Source: an uncultured Gemmatimonadales bacterium (GTDB taxonomy: Bacteria > Gemmatimonadota > Gemmatimonadetes > Longimicrobiales > Longimicrobiaceae). From it: a DNA stretch of 64,000 bases. The DNA lies in contig OY970303.1 of the NCBI GenBank assembly GCA_963716255.1, positions 3,936,001 to 4,000,000 on the forward strand, read 5' to 3'. Positions within the stretch are counted from its first letter, which is position 1, and each line of letters starts with the position of its first letter. Below are positions 39,367-49,217 of the stretch, one piece after another. The notes below the pieces were generated by a model, which saw only the letters and a program-made list of their open reading frames with translations, searched no databases and was not told the origin of the DNA. Made by a program: the position numbers and the translations under genes.

Positions 39367-40581
39367 TCAGGACCCCGCCGGCGCGATCCCCAGGACCCGC
39401 GCCGCGGCCCAGGCGCACGCCAGCAGGACCACGGCCAGCGCGGCGCGGCCCAGCAGCGCGCTCCGCGCCCCCTCGCCCGCTCCCGGCCGGCGGTCCAGGG
39501 CCCATCCCGTCGCGGCGCCCCCCAGCAGCCCGCCCAGGTGCGCCCAGTTGTCCACGAAGGCGAACCCCAGGATCCCCAGCACCGCCGTCGCGCCGATGGC
39601 GTAGCGGATCCGGTGCAGGAAGTCGTCGGGGAACTCCTGCGGCCGCAGCAGCGCCCGCACCCCCAGGTAGCCCACCAGCCCCATGATCCCGCCCGACGCC
39701 CCCACCGACGGGTGCGGCGTGAGAAGGAAGGTGAAGAAGCTCCCCGCCAGGACCGACGCCAGGAACACCTGCGCCATGCGGAAGCGCGACGCGTGCACCT
39801 CCACGAAGCGCCCCAGCACCAGCAGCGCCGCCAGGTTCATCCCCAGGTGGAGGATGCCGCCGTGCAGCATGGGCCCGGTGAGCAGGCGCCACCACTCCCC
39901 CGCCCGCGCGGCCTCCTTGACCAGCCCCGCCGCCTCCACCGCCCGCTCCGGCGCGAACCCCTCCGCCACGAACACCGCCGCGAGCGCGCCCGCAACCACC
40001 CGCGTGTACGGCGCCGGCCGGCCGAACGCCCATCCCGCGTGCCGCTCGTTCTGGCGCTGCCGCGCGAAGTCCGCGCCGTCCACGCGCCGGGCGCGGAACA
40101 GGTCGTACAGCGAGTCCAGCAGCCAGAAGCCCACCAGCACCGCCACCAGCAGCGCGCCGGGGTGCGCCTCCCGGTCCAGCGACGGCCGCAGCAGGAAGAA
40201 CCCGCCCGCCAGCGCGAGCGCCGCCAGCGACGCCATCCCCAGGTGCTGCTGCGCCTCCTCCGCCCGCCGGGAGCGCAACGCCTCCACCAGGAAGGGCACC
40301 GCCTCCGGCCGCACCGCCCCTCCCGACTCCGGCGTCCACACGCCCGGCGTTCCGGGGTACGCGCGCACCCACTCCACCAGCTCCTCGCGCGAGCACGGGT
40401 GCGGCCCGTCCGCCAGCAGGTAGCCGTGGTCGGCGCCATCCGGCGCCGCGTGCCGGAGCGGCGGGTCCGGGCGCCAGGGTGGCACGGGGGCGGGCGGGGG
40501 CGCCTCCGCCCCGGAGCCGGCGCGCGTCGCCGGGGATCGGGTGGGGAGGCCGGGTTCCGCGGAGCTGCCGGGAGGAGTCAC
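39367..40581 (-). CDS. Rhomboid family intramembrane serine protease
   Basis: EWWRLLT, HGGILHLGMN, GASGG, AHLGG. Confidence 0.88.
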   Translation of the reverse strand: MTPPGSSAEPGLPTRSPATRAGSGAEAPPPAPVPPWRPDPPLRHAAPDGADHGYLLADGPHPCSREELVEWVRAYPGTPGVWTPESGGAVRPEAVPFLVEALRSRRAEEAQQHLGMASLAALALAGGFFLLRPSLDREAHPGALLVAVLVGFWLLDSLYDLFRARRVDGADFARQRQNERHAGWAFGRPAPYTRVVAGALAAVFVAEGFAPERAVEAAGLVKEAARAGEWWRLLTGPMLHGGILHLGMNLAALLVLGRFVEVHASRFRMAQVFLASVLAGSFFTFLLTPHPSVGASGGIMGLVGYLGVRALLRPQEFPDDFLHRIRYAIGATAVLGILGFAFVDNWAHLGGLLGGAATGWALDRRPGAGEGARSALLGRAALAVVLLACAWAAARVLGIAPAGS

Positions 40582-40914
40582 GGGCGTGGAGCGGGGACGG
40601 GGTGCGGGAGGGGCGGCGCCACTCTCCCCTCAACGATACCGCGCGGACGGGGGCGGAGAAAGGCGCCGGCACGGCGCGTGGGCGCCAAGCCATCCGTTTC
40701 GTCCTTCTCCTCCGCCCGGCCCGCGGCAGGCCGCAGGAGGGCCTCCGGCCCGGCGGCGCGGGGAACCGATGGGTGTACAAGAGGTGCTGAACTCCGGCGC
40801 GGGGCCTTGTGAAAGTCGGCCCCGCCCGTAAATTTTCCAGAGAGTATCGGAGCCGCCGGCGGAAGGCTATCCCCTGCGCCGGCGGCTCGTCTTGCAGTCC
40901 TTCCCGGGTACACC

Positions 40915-43470
40915 ATGAGCGACGCGACGCACGTCACCGACTCCTACAATCCGCAGGAAGTGGAGCGGAAGTGGCAGGGCCGGTGGGAGAGCGAAGGAAC
41001 CAACACGTTCACGGACGCGGAGCTCCGCAGGGCCGGGGTCCAGGGGCGTCCATTCTACAACCTGATGATGTTCCCCTACCCGTCCGCGGAGGGGCTGCAC
41101 ATCGGGAACCTGTACGCGTTCACCGGCGCCGACATCTACGGGCGCTACAAGCGCCTGCAGGGCTTCGACGTGTTCGAGCCCATCGGCTACGACGCGTTCG
41201 GGATCCACTCCGAGAACTTCGCCCTGAAGCAGGGGATCCATCCCATGGAGCTGATCCCGCGCAACGTCGCGCGGTTCGAGCAGCAGCTCCGCCGGGTGGG
41301 CTTCATGTACGACTGGAACCACACGGTCGACACCACCGCCAAGGACTACTACCGCTGGACCCAGTGGATCTTCCTCCAGCTCTTCAAGGCCGGGCTGGCC
41401 GTGAAGAAGGAGGCCGCGGTCAACTGGTGCCCCTCCTGCAACACCGTGCTCGCCAACGAGCAGGTGGTGGGCGGCGTGTGCGAGCGCTGCGGCACGCCGG
41501 TGGAGATGCGCGACCTGTCGCAGTGGTTCTTCAAGATCACCGACTACGCCGAGCGGCTGCTGGAGAACCTGGCAACCCTGGACTGGTCCGACACCACCCG
41601 GAAGGCGCAGGAGAACTGGATCGGCCGCAGCGACGGCGCCGAGGTCGTCTTCCCCGTGGTGAGCGAGTCCAGCACCGCCGAGACCGACGACGGCTCCGAA
41701 GTGGTGCGGCAGGCGTTCCGCTACTTCCTCACCGCCGACCAGATCGTCTCGCGCTGGCACGAGCTGGACTACCCGGCCATCCGGGTTTTCACCACGCGGC
41801 CCGAGACCATCTTCGGGGCCACCTACATGGTGCTGGCCCCCGAGCACCCGCTGGTGGACCGCATCACCAGCAAGGAGCGCCGCAAGTCGGTGGCCGCGTA
41901 CCGCCGCAAGGTGGCCAAGAAGGACCTGGTCGCCCGCCGGAAGTCGGAAAAGAAGAAGACCGGCACCGACACCGGCGCGCGTGTGCTCAACCCCGCCACC
42001 GGCAAGGAGATCCCGGTCTGGATCGCCGACTACGTGCTGATGGAGTACGGGACCGGCGCCATCATGGCCGTCCCCGGGCACGACGAGCGGGACTACGAGT
42101 TCGCCAACCAGTACAAGCTCCCCGTCACCCGCGTGGTGGCGCCGGAGGAGACGGAGGCCGACGCGCCGCTGGCGGAAGCGTACACCGGGCCGGGACGGCT
42201 GGTGAACTCCGGGCACTTCGACGGCATGGGCGCCGAGGAGGCGAAGACCGAGGTCACCGCCTGGCTGGCCGAGCGCGGCGCGGCCGAGACCCGCGTCAAC
42301 TACCGCCTGCACGACTGGTGCATCTCGCGGCAGCGGTACTGGGGCCCGCCCATCCCCATCCTCTACTGCGACGACTGCGGCGTCGTCCCGGTGCCCGAGG
42401 AGCAGCTCCCGGTGGAGCTCCCCTTCATCGAGGACTTCAAGCCGGACGCCTCCGGCGTGTCGCCGCTGGCGCGGCACAAGGAGTGGTACCTCACCGGGTG
42501 CCCCCAGTGCGGCGGGATCGCGCGGCGCGAGACCGACGTGTCCGACACCTTTCTGGACTCGGCCTGGTACTTTCTGCGCTACCCCTCCGCGGGGAACGAG
42601 CGGCGCGCCTTCGAGCCCTCGCTCACGCGCAACTGGCTGCCCGTGGACAGCTACATCGGCGGCAACGAGCACGCCGTGCTGCACCTGCTGTACGCCCGCT
42701 TCGTCACCATGGTGCTGCACGACCTGGAGTGGATCGACTTCGAGGAGCCGTTCACCCGCTTCCGCGCCCACGGCCTGATCATCAAGGACGGGGCGAAGAT
42801 GTCCAAGTCCAAGGGCAACGTCATCGTTCCCGACCAGTACATCGAGGAGTACGGCGCCGACACGCTGCGCACCTACCTGATGTTCCTGGGGCCGTACCAG
42901 GAGGGCGGCGACTTCCGCACCACCGGCATCTCCGGGCCGCACAACTTCCTGGGCCGCGTGTGGGACGCCGTCCTGGGCGCCGAGGACCGGCCGCTGGAAG
43001 CGGCGGTGGAGCAGAAGCTGCACGCCACCATCAAGAAGGTGACCGAGGACCTGGAGGCGCTCTCCTACAACACCGCCATCGCGGCGATGATGGAGTACCT
43101 CAACGTGGTCCGCGCAGGCGGGAGGACGCCCGAGCGGGCCGCCGTGGAGCCGCTGGTGCTGCTCCTCGCCCCCTTCGCCCCGCACCTCGCGGAGGAGATG
43201 TGGGAGCGGCTGGGGCACGAGGGCTCGGTGTTCCGGAGCGCCGCCTGGCCGGAGTTCGACGAGGCCAAGACGGTGTCCGACACGGTGGAGTTCGTGGTGC
43301 AGGTCAACGGCAAGGTGCGCGCGCGGATGCCCATGACCCGCGGGATCTCCGAGGCCGACGCGCGCGAGGCCGCCCTCGCCGACCCCAACGTGCAGCGCTT
43401 CCTGGATGGCAAGCAGGTCCGCAAGACGGTCTTCGTCCCCGACCGCCTGGTCAACCTGGTCCTGGGATAG
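40915..43470 (+). CDS. leuS: Leucine--tRNA ligase
   Basis: MFPYPSAEGLHIGN, FTTRPET editing domain, KMSKS, VQVNGKVR. Confidence 0.97.
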   Translation: MSDATHVTDSYNPQEVERKWQGRWESEGTNTFTDAELRRAGVQGRPFYNLMMFPYPSAEGLHIGNLYAFTGADIYGRYKRLQGFDVFEPIGYDAFGIHSENFALKQGIHPMELIPRNVARFEQQLRRVGFMYDWNHTVDTTAKDYYRWTQWIFLQLFKAGLAVKKEAAVNWCPSCNTVLANEQVVGGVCERCGTPVEMRDLSQWFFKITDYAERLLENLATLDWSDTTRKAQENWIGRSDGAEVVFPVVSESSTAETDDGSEVVRQAFRYFLTADQIVSRWHELDYPAIRVFTTRPETIFGATYMVLAPEHPLVDRITSKERRKSVAAYRRKVAKKDLVARRKSEKKKTGTDTGARVLNPATGKEIPVWIADYVLMEYGTGAIMAVPGHDERDYEFANQYKLPVTRVVAPEETEADAPLAEAYTGPGRLVNSGHFDGMGAEEAKTEVTAWLAERGAAETRVNYRLHDWCISRQRYWGPPIPILYCDDCGVVPVPEEQLPVELPFIEDFKPDASGVSPLARHKEWYLTGCPQCGGIARRETDVSDTFLDSAWYFLRYPSAGNERRAFEPSLTRNWLPVDSYIGGNEHAVLHLLYARFVTMVLHDLEWIDFEEPFTRFRAHGLIIKDGAKMSKSKGNVIVPDQYIEEYGADTLRTYLMFLGPYQEGGDFRTTGISGPHNFLGRVWDAVLGAEDRPLEAAVEQKLHATIKKVTEDLEALSYNTAIAAMMEYLNVVRAGGRTPERAAVEPLVLLLAPFAPHLAEEMWERLGHEGSVFRSAAWPEFDEAKTVSDTVEFVVQVNGKVRARMPMTRGISEADAREAALADPNVQRFLDGKQVRKTVFVPDRLVNLVLG

Positions 43471-43529
43471 TTTCCAGGACCAGGTCGCCGTTCCACCTGG
43501 TCATCGGCGGAGCCGGCGGCGCCTGACCC

Positions 43530-43574
43530 GCGAGAGCCGCACCCCCGCCGGGGGGCGCGGCTCTCGCTCTTTTC
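43530..43574 (+). terminator. Intrinsic terminator after leuS
   Basis: GCGAGAGCCGC...GCGGCTCTCGC followed by TCTTTT. Confidence 0.75.
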
Positions 43575-43678
43575 TGCCCGGCGCTCGCGCGGGGGGTACC
43601 GGAATTCCGCCGGACGTTTATATTCGTCGGCTCGCGCTGGGGCGGTCCGGCGCGGGCGGAGAACGGCGCACGAAAGGG

Positions 43679-43707
43679 TTGACGAACGGCCTGGCCTGCG
43701 TTATCAT
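43679..43707 (+). promoter_or_regulatory. Sigma70 promoter P1 of the tRNA array
   Basis: TTGACG-17-TATCAT, 12 nt before tRNA-fMet. Confidence 0.85.
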
Positions 43708-43719
43708 GATTCTCCTTGT

Positions 43720-43793
<74 letters not shown>

Positions 43794-43803
43794 TGCAGGA
43801 CCC

Positions 43804-43830
43804 TCCGCCGAAGTCGGGCGGATTTTTGTT
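43804..43830 (+). terminator. Terminator-like hairpin after tRNA-fMet
   Basis: TCCGCC-GAAGTCG-GGCGGA-TTTTTGTT. Confidence 0.6.
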
Positions 43831-43845
43831 GGGCTGGAGGAGTTC

Positions 43846-43918
43846 GGCCAGGTAGCTCAGCTGGTAGAGCACACGACTGAAAATCGTGGTGTCGGGGGTT
43901 CGACTCCCTCCCTGGCCA
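43846..43918 (+). tRNA. tRNA-Phe(GAA)
   Basis: Cloverleaf; CACGA-CTGAAAA-TCGTG. Confidence 0.95.
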
Positions 43919-43929
43919 TGGCAGCACGG

Positions 43930-44002
43930 ACGGCAGTAGCTCAATTGGTAGAGCACCGGTCTCCAAAACCGGCGGTTGGGGGTTCGATTCCCTCCTGCCG
44001 TG
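43930..44002 (+). tRNA. tRNA-Trp(CCA)
   Basis: CCGGT-CTCCAAA-ACCGG. Confidence 0.95.
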
Positions 44003-44016
44003 CTGACAGTCTCGAC

Positions 44017-44089
44017 GCCGCTATCGTCTAGGGGACTAGGACGCCGCCCTCTCACGGCGGAAACCGGGGTTCGAATCCCCGTAGCGGTA
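44017..44089 (+). tRNA. tRNA-Glu(CTC)
   Basis: CCGCC-CTCTCAC-GGCGG. Confidence 0.95.
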
Positions 44090-44108
44090 CTCGGCTGGGA
44101 TTCGTGGC

Positions 44109-44181
<73 letters not shown>

Positions 44182-44192
44182 TCTAGGAGTGA

Positions 44193-44267
44193 GCTCCCAT
44201 CGTCTATCGGTTAGGACGCCACTCTTTCAAGGTGGAGAGCGGGGTTCGACTCCCCGTGGGAGCGCCA
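44193..44267 (+). tRNA. tRNA-Glu(TTC), CCA encoded
   Basis: CCACT-CTTTCAA-GGTGG. Confidence 0.95.
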
Positions 44268-44318
44268 ATCGGGTCCCGCGCCGCGGCTTCGGCCCGGCAG
44301 GGAAGTTGGCGGAAGGGC

Positions 44319-44347
44319 TGGAAAAATCGGACGGGTGCGGTTAGATT
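44319..44347 (+). promoter_or_regulatory. Putative internal promoter P2 of the tRNA array
   Basis: TGGAAA-17-TAGATT, 12 nt before tRNA-Gly. Confidence 0.55.
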
Positions 44348-44359
44348 AGGAATCTGTGC

Positions 44360-44432
44360 GCGGGCATAGCTCAGTTGGTAGAGCGCAACCTTGCCAAGGT
44401 TGAGGTCGCCGGTTCGAGTCCGGTTGCCCGCT
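44360..44432 (+). tRNA. tRNA-Gly(GCC)
   Basis: CAACC-TTGCCAA-GGTTG. Confidence 0.95.
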
Positions 44433-44456
44433 CTGCACCGCCGGTCGGGCGGTGAA

Positions 44457-44530
44457 GGGGCCGTAGCTCAGTCGGTTAGAGTGCCGGACTGTCACTCCGG
44501 AGGTCGCGGGTTCGAGTCCCGTCGGCCCCG
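44457..44530 (+). tRNA. tRNA-Asp(GTC)
   Basis: CCGGA-CTGTCAC-TCCGG. Confidence 0.95.
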
Positions 44531-44563
44531 CTCGCTGGAAAATTGACAACTCGGGTCGTGTCT

Positions 44564-44636
<73 letters not shown>

Positions 44637-44656
44637 TTCGTATGGACGGAAATGCT

Positions 44657-44740
44657 GGTGGGGTGGCCGAGTGGCTAATGGCAGCAGACTGTAAATCTGC
44701 CGGGCTTCGCCCTACGTAGGTTCGAATCCTACCCCCACCA
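44657..44740 (+). tRNA. tRNA-Tyr(GTA)
   Basis: GCAGA-CTGTAAA-TCTGC; long variable arm. Confidence 0.95.
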
Positions 44741-44755
44741 CTGCTTGGATGCATC

Positions 44756-44829
<74 letters not shown>

Positions 44830-44842
44830 CTCGTGCGTCGCC

Positions 44843-44915
44843 GGGGCCGTAGCTCAGTTGGGAGAGCGCTGCAATCGCACTGCAGAGGTCAGGGGTTCGA
44901 CTCCCCTCGGCTCCA
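44843..44915 (+). tRNA. tRNA-Ala(CGC)
   Basis: CTGCA-ATCGCAC-TGCAG; G3:U70 pair. Confidence 0.95.
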
Positions 44916-44931
44916 CTGGGACCAGACGGGC

Positions 44932-45003
44932 GCCACCGTAGCTCAGGGGTAGAGCACTCGATTCGTAATCGAGCGGTCGTCGGTTCAAATCCGACCGGTG
45001 GCT
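44932..45003 (+). tRNA. tRNA-Thr(CGT)
   Basis: CTCGA-TTCGTAA-TCGAG. Confidence 0.95.
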
Positions 45004-45018
45004 CTGGTCGACCTGAGG

Positions 45019-45047
45019 TTGAAATTCGGTCGCGGGGCGATTATCTT
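45019..45047 (+). promoter_or_regulatory. Internal promoter P3 of the tRNA array
   Basis: TTGAAA-17-TATCTT, 12 nt before tRNA-Gly(CCC). Confidence 0.75.
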
Positions 45048-45059
45048 CGCTGTCCGAGC

Positions 45060-45132
45060 GCGGGAGTAGCTCAGTTGGTAGAGCATCAGCTTCCCAAGCT
45101 GAGGGTCGCGGGTTCGAGCCCCGTCTCCCGCT
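45060..45132 (+). tRNA. tRNA-Gly(CCC)
   Basis: TCAGC-TTCCCAA-GCTGA. Confidence 0.95.
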
Positions 45133-45140
45133 CGTTTTTC

Positions 45141-45212
45141 TGCCCTTTGGTGTAACTGGCAACACGCCTGACTCTGACTCAGGTATTCCAGGTTCGAATC
45201 CTGGAGGGGCAA
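45141..45212 (+). tRNA. tRNA-Gln(CTG)
   Basis: CCTGA-CTCTGAC-TCAGG; U1-A72. Confidence 0.95.
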
Positions 45213-45219
45213 CTGCAGG

Positions 45220-45306
45220 GGAGAGGTGGGTGAGTGGCTAAAACCAACGGTTTGCTAAACCGTCCTGCCCAAAAGGCAGACGCGGGTTCGAATCCCGCCC
45301 TCTCCG
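45220..45306 (+). tRNA. tRNA-Ser(GCT)
   Basis: ACGGT-TTGCTAA-ACCGT; long variable arm. Confidence 0.95.
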
Positions 45307-45318
45307 CTCCTTGCTAGA

Positions 45319-45404
45319 GGACCGGTGTCCGAGCGGCTTAAGGAGCACGATTGGAAATCGTGTGGGGTTAATAGCCCTCGTGGGTTCGAATCCCACCCGG
45401 TCCG
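45319..45404 (+). tRNA. tRNA-Ser(GGA)
   Basis: CACGA-TTGGAAA-TCGTG; long variable arm. Confidence 0.95.
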
Positions 45405-45469
45405 CTGCTTGCAGTACGGTGGGTGACGGGTCGGGCAGGACGGTCCACCGGCTGGGACCGGAAAAACTT

Positions 45470-45543
45470 CGGGACGTGGCTCAGCCCGGTAGAGCACTCG
45501 CTTCGGGAGCGAGGGGTCGCCGGTTCAAATCCGGCCGTCCCGA
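45470..45543 (+). tRNA. tRNA-Pro(CGG)
   Basis: CTCGC-TTCGGGA-GCGAG. Confidence 0.95.
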
Positions 45544-45551
45544 CTGAAGTT

Positions 45552-45635
45552 GGAGGCGTAGTCCTAACTGGTAAGGCACCGCACTCGAAATGCGGCGCGG
45601 GCAACCGCTTGGGGGTTCGAGTCCCTCCGCCTCCG
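45552..45635 (+). tRNA. tRNA-Ser(CGA)
   Basis: CCGCA-CTCGAAA-TGCGG; long variable arm. Confidence 0.93.
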
Positions 45636-45655
45636 CTGTTGTCGAAAACCGCTTG

Positions 45656-45697
45656 CGGCCCTGGCTCACTTCGGTGAGCCAGGGCCGTTGTGCGTTT
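45656..45697 (+). terminator. Terminator closing the tRNA array
   Basis: CGGCCCTGGCTCAC-TTCG-GTGAGCCAGGGCCG followed by TTGTGCGTTT. Confidence 0.8.
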
Positions 45698-45904
45698 GGG
45701 GCACCAGGCTCGACCGGTTCATGAGCTGTCGGGACACGAACGTGCGATCGAGGGCAAGAGTCTGGCGTACGCCGCGGCTTCAGCCACAGATTAGCGGGTG
45801 CCGGTCGGCTCGCCTGTGCCCGGCGTGCGGCGGAGTCCCCTCGCCGGCCGGGCACGACTCCGTCCATCGCCGCGGGTGAACTCCTCTCCAGCCGGAGCTC
45901 CACC

Positions 45905-47740
45905 ATGTCCTCGCCGCACGATCCGCACGATCCCGGGTCCGACGACGCGCAGGTTCCTGACCGTGCCGAGCCCGCGCCCGGGAAACGAGCGTCCAGGCGT
46001 GTCCGGTCGGAGCCCGCCCGGAAGACGGGGAAGAAGACGAAGGCGGGTGAGGCCGCGCGCGCAGAGACGCGTGACACGTCCGCCCCGGACCTGCTTTCCA
46101 TGATCGGGCGGGGCGTGGTTCCGCCGGTGCTGAACGACGAGGAGCGGCGCGAGGAGATGGGTGTGCCGGCCGATCCCAGGACGCCCGGCCGGTACATGAT
46201 CGAGCTGAACATCCAGTATCGGGGTGGCCTGCGCGCGGCTTCGATCGCGTTCCGGGCACTGTACAGGGAGGTGCTCGGCGACAAGTACGCGATCCCCCAT
46301 CCCCCGGTCGAGATCTCGAAGAGCTACTACCAGTGCCTGATGAGCGTCGAGCAGTGGCGAAAGCTCCTCAGGAAGGACGAGGATCAGGCCGCGACGGATC
46401 CGAGCCGCCGCGTGATCTACAAGCTGTGGCCCGACTTCAAGGTGAAGGCGCTGATCGACCGGTCGGTGGCCACGGTCAAGGCCGACGCGGCCGTCCGGGC
46501 GTACCTGGCCACGGGCGCGGGGATCACCTGGGCGGTGGTCGACTCGGGGATCGAAGGGGTTCACCCGCACTTCGGCCGGGTCGAGCGGCCGCTGGAGAGC
46601 ACGATTCACCATCCGGACGTCGCCGAGCTGCACTACGACTTCACCCTGGATCGCCCGATCGTCGAGCCGCCGCCGGGGCTGGACGCGACCGCCCTGGTCG
46701 AGTTTCTGGAGAAGAGCCAGCAGGAGCACGACGCGCGAGCACACGGGGAAGCGCTCCGGGACGGGTTCGGCCACGGCACGCACGTGGCCGGGATCATCGC
46801 CGGCCGGCTCCCGGACGGGGCGGCGCAGCTCCCGCTTCCCGGCCGCGCACCGGCGGCCGGCGCGGCTCCCCCTGGCGACGCCGTCCGCTACGTCGCCTTC
46901 GAGCAGGTCTTCGAGGCGGACCCGGAGGGCAAGCGCATCTTCAACGGAAAGGTTCCCGTCCCGCGCTCCGTGAGGCGATCGGACGCGCTGCACGGCGTCG
47001 CGCCGGAGTGTCTGCTCGTCAGCCTCAAGGTGCTCGACGAGGCGGGCGAGGGACGGGTGAGCGACGTGATGCGCGCGCTGGTGTACGTCCGCGAGCACCT
47101 CAACGACGACCCCAAGATGCTGCGGGTGCACGGCGTGAACCTGAGCATCGGCTACGACTTCGACGCGCAGATGTTCGCGTGCGGCCAGAGCCCGCTGTGC
47201 GTGGAGGTGGACAGGCTGGTCAAGAGCGGGGTCGTCGTGGTCACGGCGGCGGGCAACACCGGCTACGGGAAGATCAACGCCGACCAGCGGTCCGCCAAGG
47301 CGGGCCTTTCCAATACCATCAACGATCCGGGAAACGCCGCGCTCGCCATCACCGTCGGCTCCACGCACCGCGACTCGCCGCACACGTTCGGCGTCTCCTA
47401 CTTCTCGTCCAAGGGACCCACGGGCGACGGACGCCTCAAGCCGGACCTGGTGGCTCCCGGAGAGCGGATCACCTCCTGCGCCGCCATGGCCAAGCGCGTC
47501 CAGCTGGGGATCGATCTCCCCGCCGACGTCGCCGCGTACATCGACGACAGTGGGACGAGCATGGCCGCGCCGCACGTGTCGGGGTCGATCGCCGCGTTCC
47601 TGTCGATCCGGCGCGAGTTCATCCAGCGGCCGGAAGAGGTGAAGCGCATCTTCCTGGACAGCGCCACCTCGCTGGGACGCGAGCGGTACTTCGAAGGCCA
47701 CGGGCTCGTCGACCTGATGCGCGCGATCCAGAGCGTCTGA
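45905..47740 (+). CDS. S8 subtilisin-like serine protease without signal peptide
   Basis: VVDSG (Asp), HGTHVAG (His), AAGN (oxyanion), GTSMAAPHVSG (Ser). Confidence 0.9.
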   Translation: MSSPHDPHDPGSDDAQVPDRAEPAPGKRASRRVRSEPARKTGKKTKAGEAARAETRDTSAPDLLSMIGRGVVPPVLNDEERREEMGVPADPRTPGRYMIELNIQYRGGLRAASIAFRALYREVLGDKYAIPHPPVEISKSYYQCLMSVEQWRKLLRKDEDQAATDPSRRVIYKLWPDFKVKALIDRSVATVKADAAVRAYLATGAGITWAVVDSGIEGVHPHFGRVERPLESTIHHPDVAELHYDFTLDRPIVEPPPGLDATALVEFLEKSQQEHDARAHGEALRDGFGHGTHVAGIIAGRLPDGAAQLPLPGRAPAAGAAPPGDAVRYVAFEQVFEADPEGKRIFNGKVPVPRSVRRSDALHGVAPECLLVSLKVLDEAGEGRVSDVMRALVYVREHLNDDPKMLRVHGVNLSIGYDFDAQMFACGQSPLCVEVDRLVKSGVVVVTAAGNTGYGKINADQRSAKAGLSNTINDPGNAALAITVGSTHRDSPHTFGVSYFSSKGPTGDGRLKPDLVAPGERITSCAAMAKRVQLGIDLPADVAAYIDDSGTSMAAPHVSGSIAAFLSIRREFIQRPEEVKRIFLDSATSLGRERYFEGHGLVDLMRAIQSV

Positions 47741-47771
47741 AGTTTCCCTCCCTCCACGCGAGGAGTGCGTC

Positions 47772-49151
47772 ATGCCCGACACGCTGAGCGGTTTCCCCTT
47801 CTGGAGCCTCGAGTTCGAAAAGGACGGCACCGCCCGGGCTCCCGGTGCGATCGACCGGTTCGTCTCGGAGGTGAAGTCCCGGGGTCTCTCCGACGTTTTC
47901 GTCTTCTCGCACGGGTGGAACAACGACCACGCGGACGCGCTGTCGCTCTACGAGCGGTTCTTCGGCGAGGTGGCCAGGCTGCTCCAGGACCCCGGGATCG
48001 CGAAGAAGCGGCCGGGGACGATCGGTGTGGCCGGGGTGCTCTGGCCCTCCATCCTGTGGCCGGACGACGCGCCCGACCCGGGGCCCGCTCCGGTGCTCCC
48101 GCCTCCCGGGGGCGGGGGGGCGGCATCCATGTCCGGTCCGGCCGCCGCGCCGGCGAAGACCGCCGATCCCGCGGAGATCAACGGCGCACTGAAAGGAGTG
48201 TACGACCCGGGGCAGCAGGGGCTCATCGACGAGCTCACCGGGCTCCTCGCCGAACAGCCGGAGAGCCAGGCGGCGATCGACACCTTCCGGGCGAGGCTCG
48301 CGGATCTCCTGGCGAGCGAGCCGGCCGCGGAGGCCGTCGACAAGAAGCGCCCGGACCTGGCGGAGGCGGCGATCACGGAGCTGGACCCGGCGGACTGGCG
48401 CCGGCTCCTCGACATCCTCGCCGACAGCGCGGAGGAGCGCGGCGCGGCCGGCGGCGCCGTCGGGTTGGGCACTCCGTTCAAGAAGCTGTGGGAGGGAGCG
48501 AAGAACGCGATGCGCATCGCCACGTACTGGCAGATGAAGCAGCGCGCCGGGATCGTGGGCCGCGCCGGGCTCGCGCCCGCGGTCTCGCGGCTGGCGCAGG
48601 AGGTGCCCGGGGTCAGGATCCACCTGCTGGGCCATTCGTTCGGCGCCCGGCTGGTCTCGTTCTCGCTCTCCGGGCTCCCGGCGGCGATGACGGGGGCGAG
48701 CTCGCCGGTGAAGTCGCTCTTCCTGCTGCAGGGAGCCTTTTCGCACTACGCGTTCTCGGACCGGCTCCCGCACGACATGAGCCGGTCCGGGGCGCTGAAG
48801 GGGCTGGCGGCGCGGGTGGACGGTCCGCTGCTCACCACCCACTCGCTGCGGGACTACGCGGTGGGTGTCACCTACCCGGCCGCCTCGTTCGTCAACGGCG
48901 ACGATGCATCCGCGGCCGAGGAGCAGTCGAGGCGCTGGGGCGCGATGGGGAACGACGGCGCGCAGGCCGTGGGTGCCGCCTCGGCGATGCTCGCCCCGCC
49001 GGGAACTCCTTATCCGTTCAGCAAGGGAGCGTGGCTGAACCTGGACGGCAACAAGGTCATCGTCCATGGCCGGCCTCCGGCCGGCGCGCACAGCGACATC
49101 GTTTCCCCCCACACGGCGTGGGCGGCGCTCGCGGCAGCGGGGATCGTGTAG
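47772..49151 (+). CDS. Alpha/beta hydrolase-fold protein
   Basis: FSHGWNN, GHSFG nucleophile elbow, C-terminal GAHSDI. Confidence 0.8.
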   Translation: MPDTLSGFPFWSLEFEKDGTARAPGAIDRFVSEVKSRGLSDVFVFSHGWNNDHADALSLYERFFGEVARLLQDPGIAKKRPGTIGVAGVLWPSILWPDDAPDPGPAPVLPPPGGGGAASMSGPAAAPAKTADPAEINGALKGVYDPGQQGLIDELTGLLAEQPESQAAIDTFRARLADLLASEPAAEAVDKKRPDLAEAAITELDPADWRRLLDILADSAEERGAAGGAVGLGTPFKKLWEGAKNAMRIATYWQMKQRAGIVGRAGLAPAVSRLAQEVPGVRIHLLGHSFGARLVSFSLSGLPAAMTGASSPVKSLFLLQGAFSHYAFSDRLPHDMSRSGALKGLAARVDGPLLTTHSLRDYAVGVTYPAASFVNGDDASAAEEQSRRWGAMGNDGAQAVGAASAMLAPPGTPYPFSKGAWLNLDGNKVIVHGRPPAGAHSDIVSPHTAWAALAAAGIV

Positions 49152-49217
49152 GCTGTACGCACGGAAATCTTTCCGGCGGTGCGAAGGTGGTCTTCCCGGA
49201 CGAGAGGAGGAGGAGGC

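Noticed and set aside
45405..45469. SRP RNA or other ncRNA in tRNA spacers (also 44268-44318)
   Set aside because: No SRP domain IV motif or other recognisable consensus.
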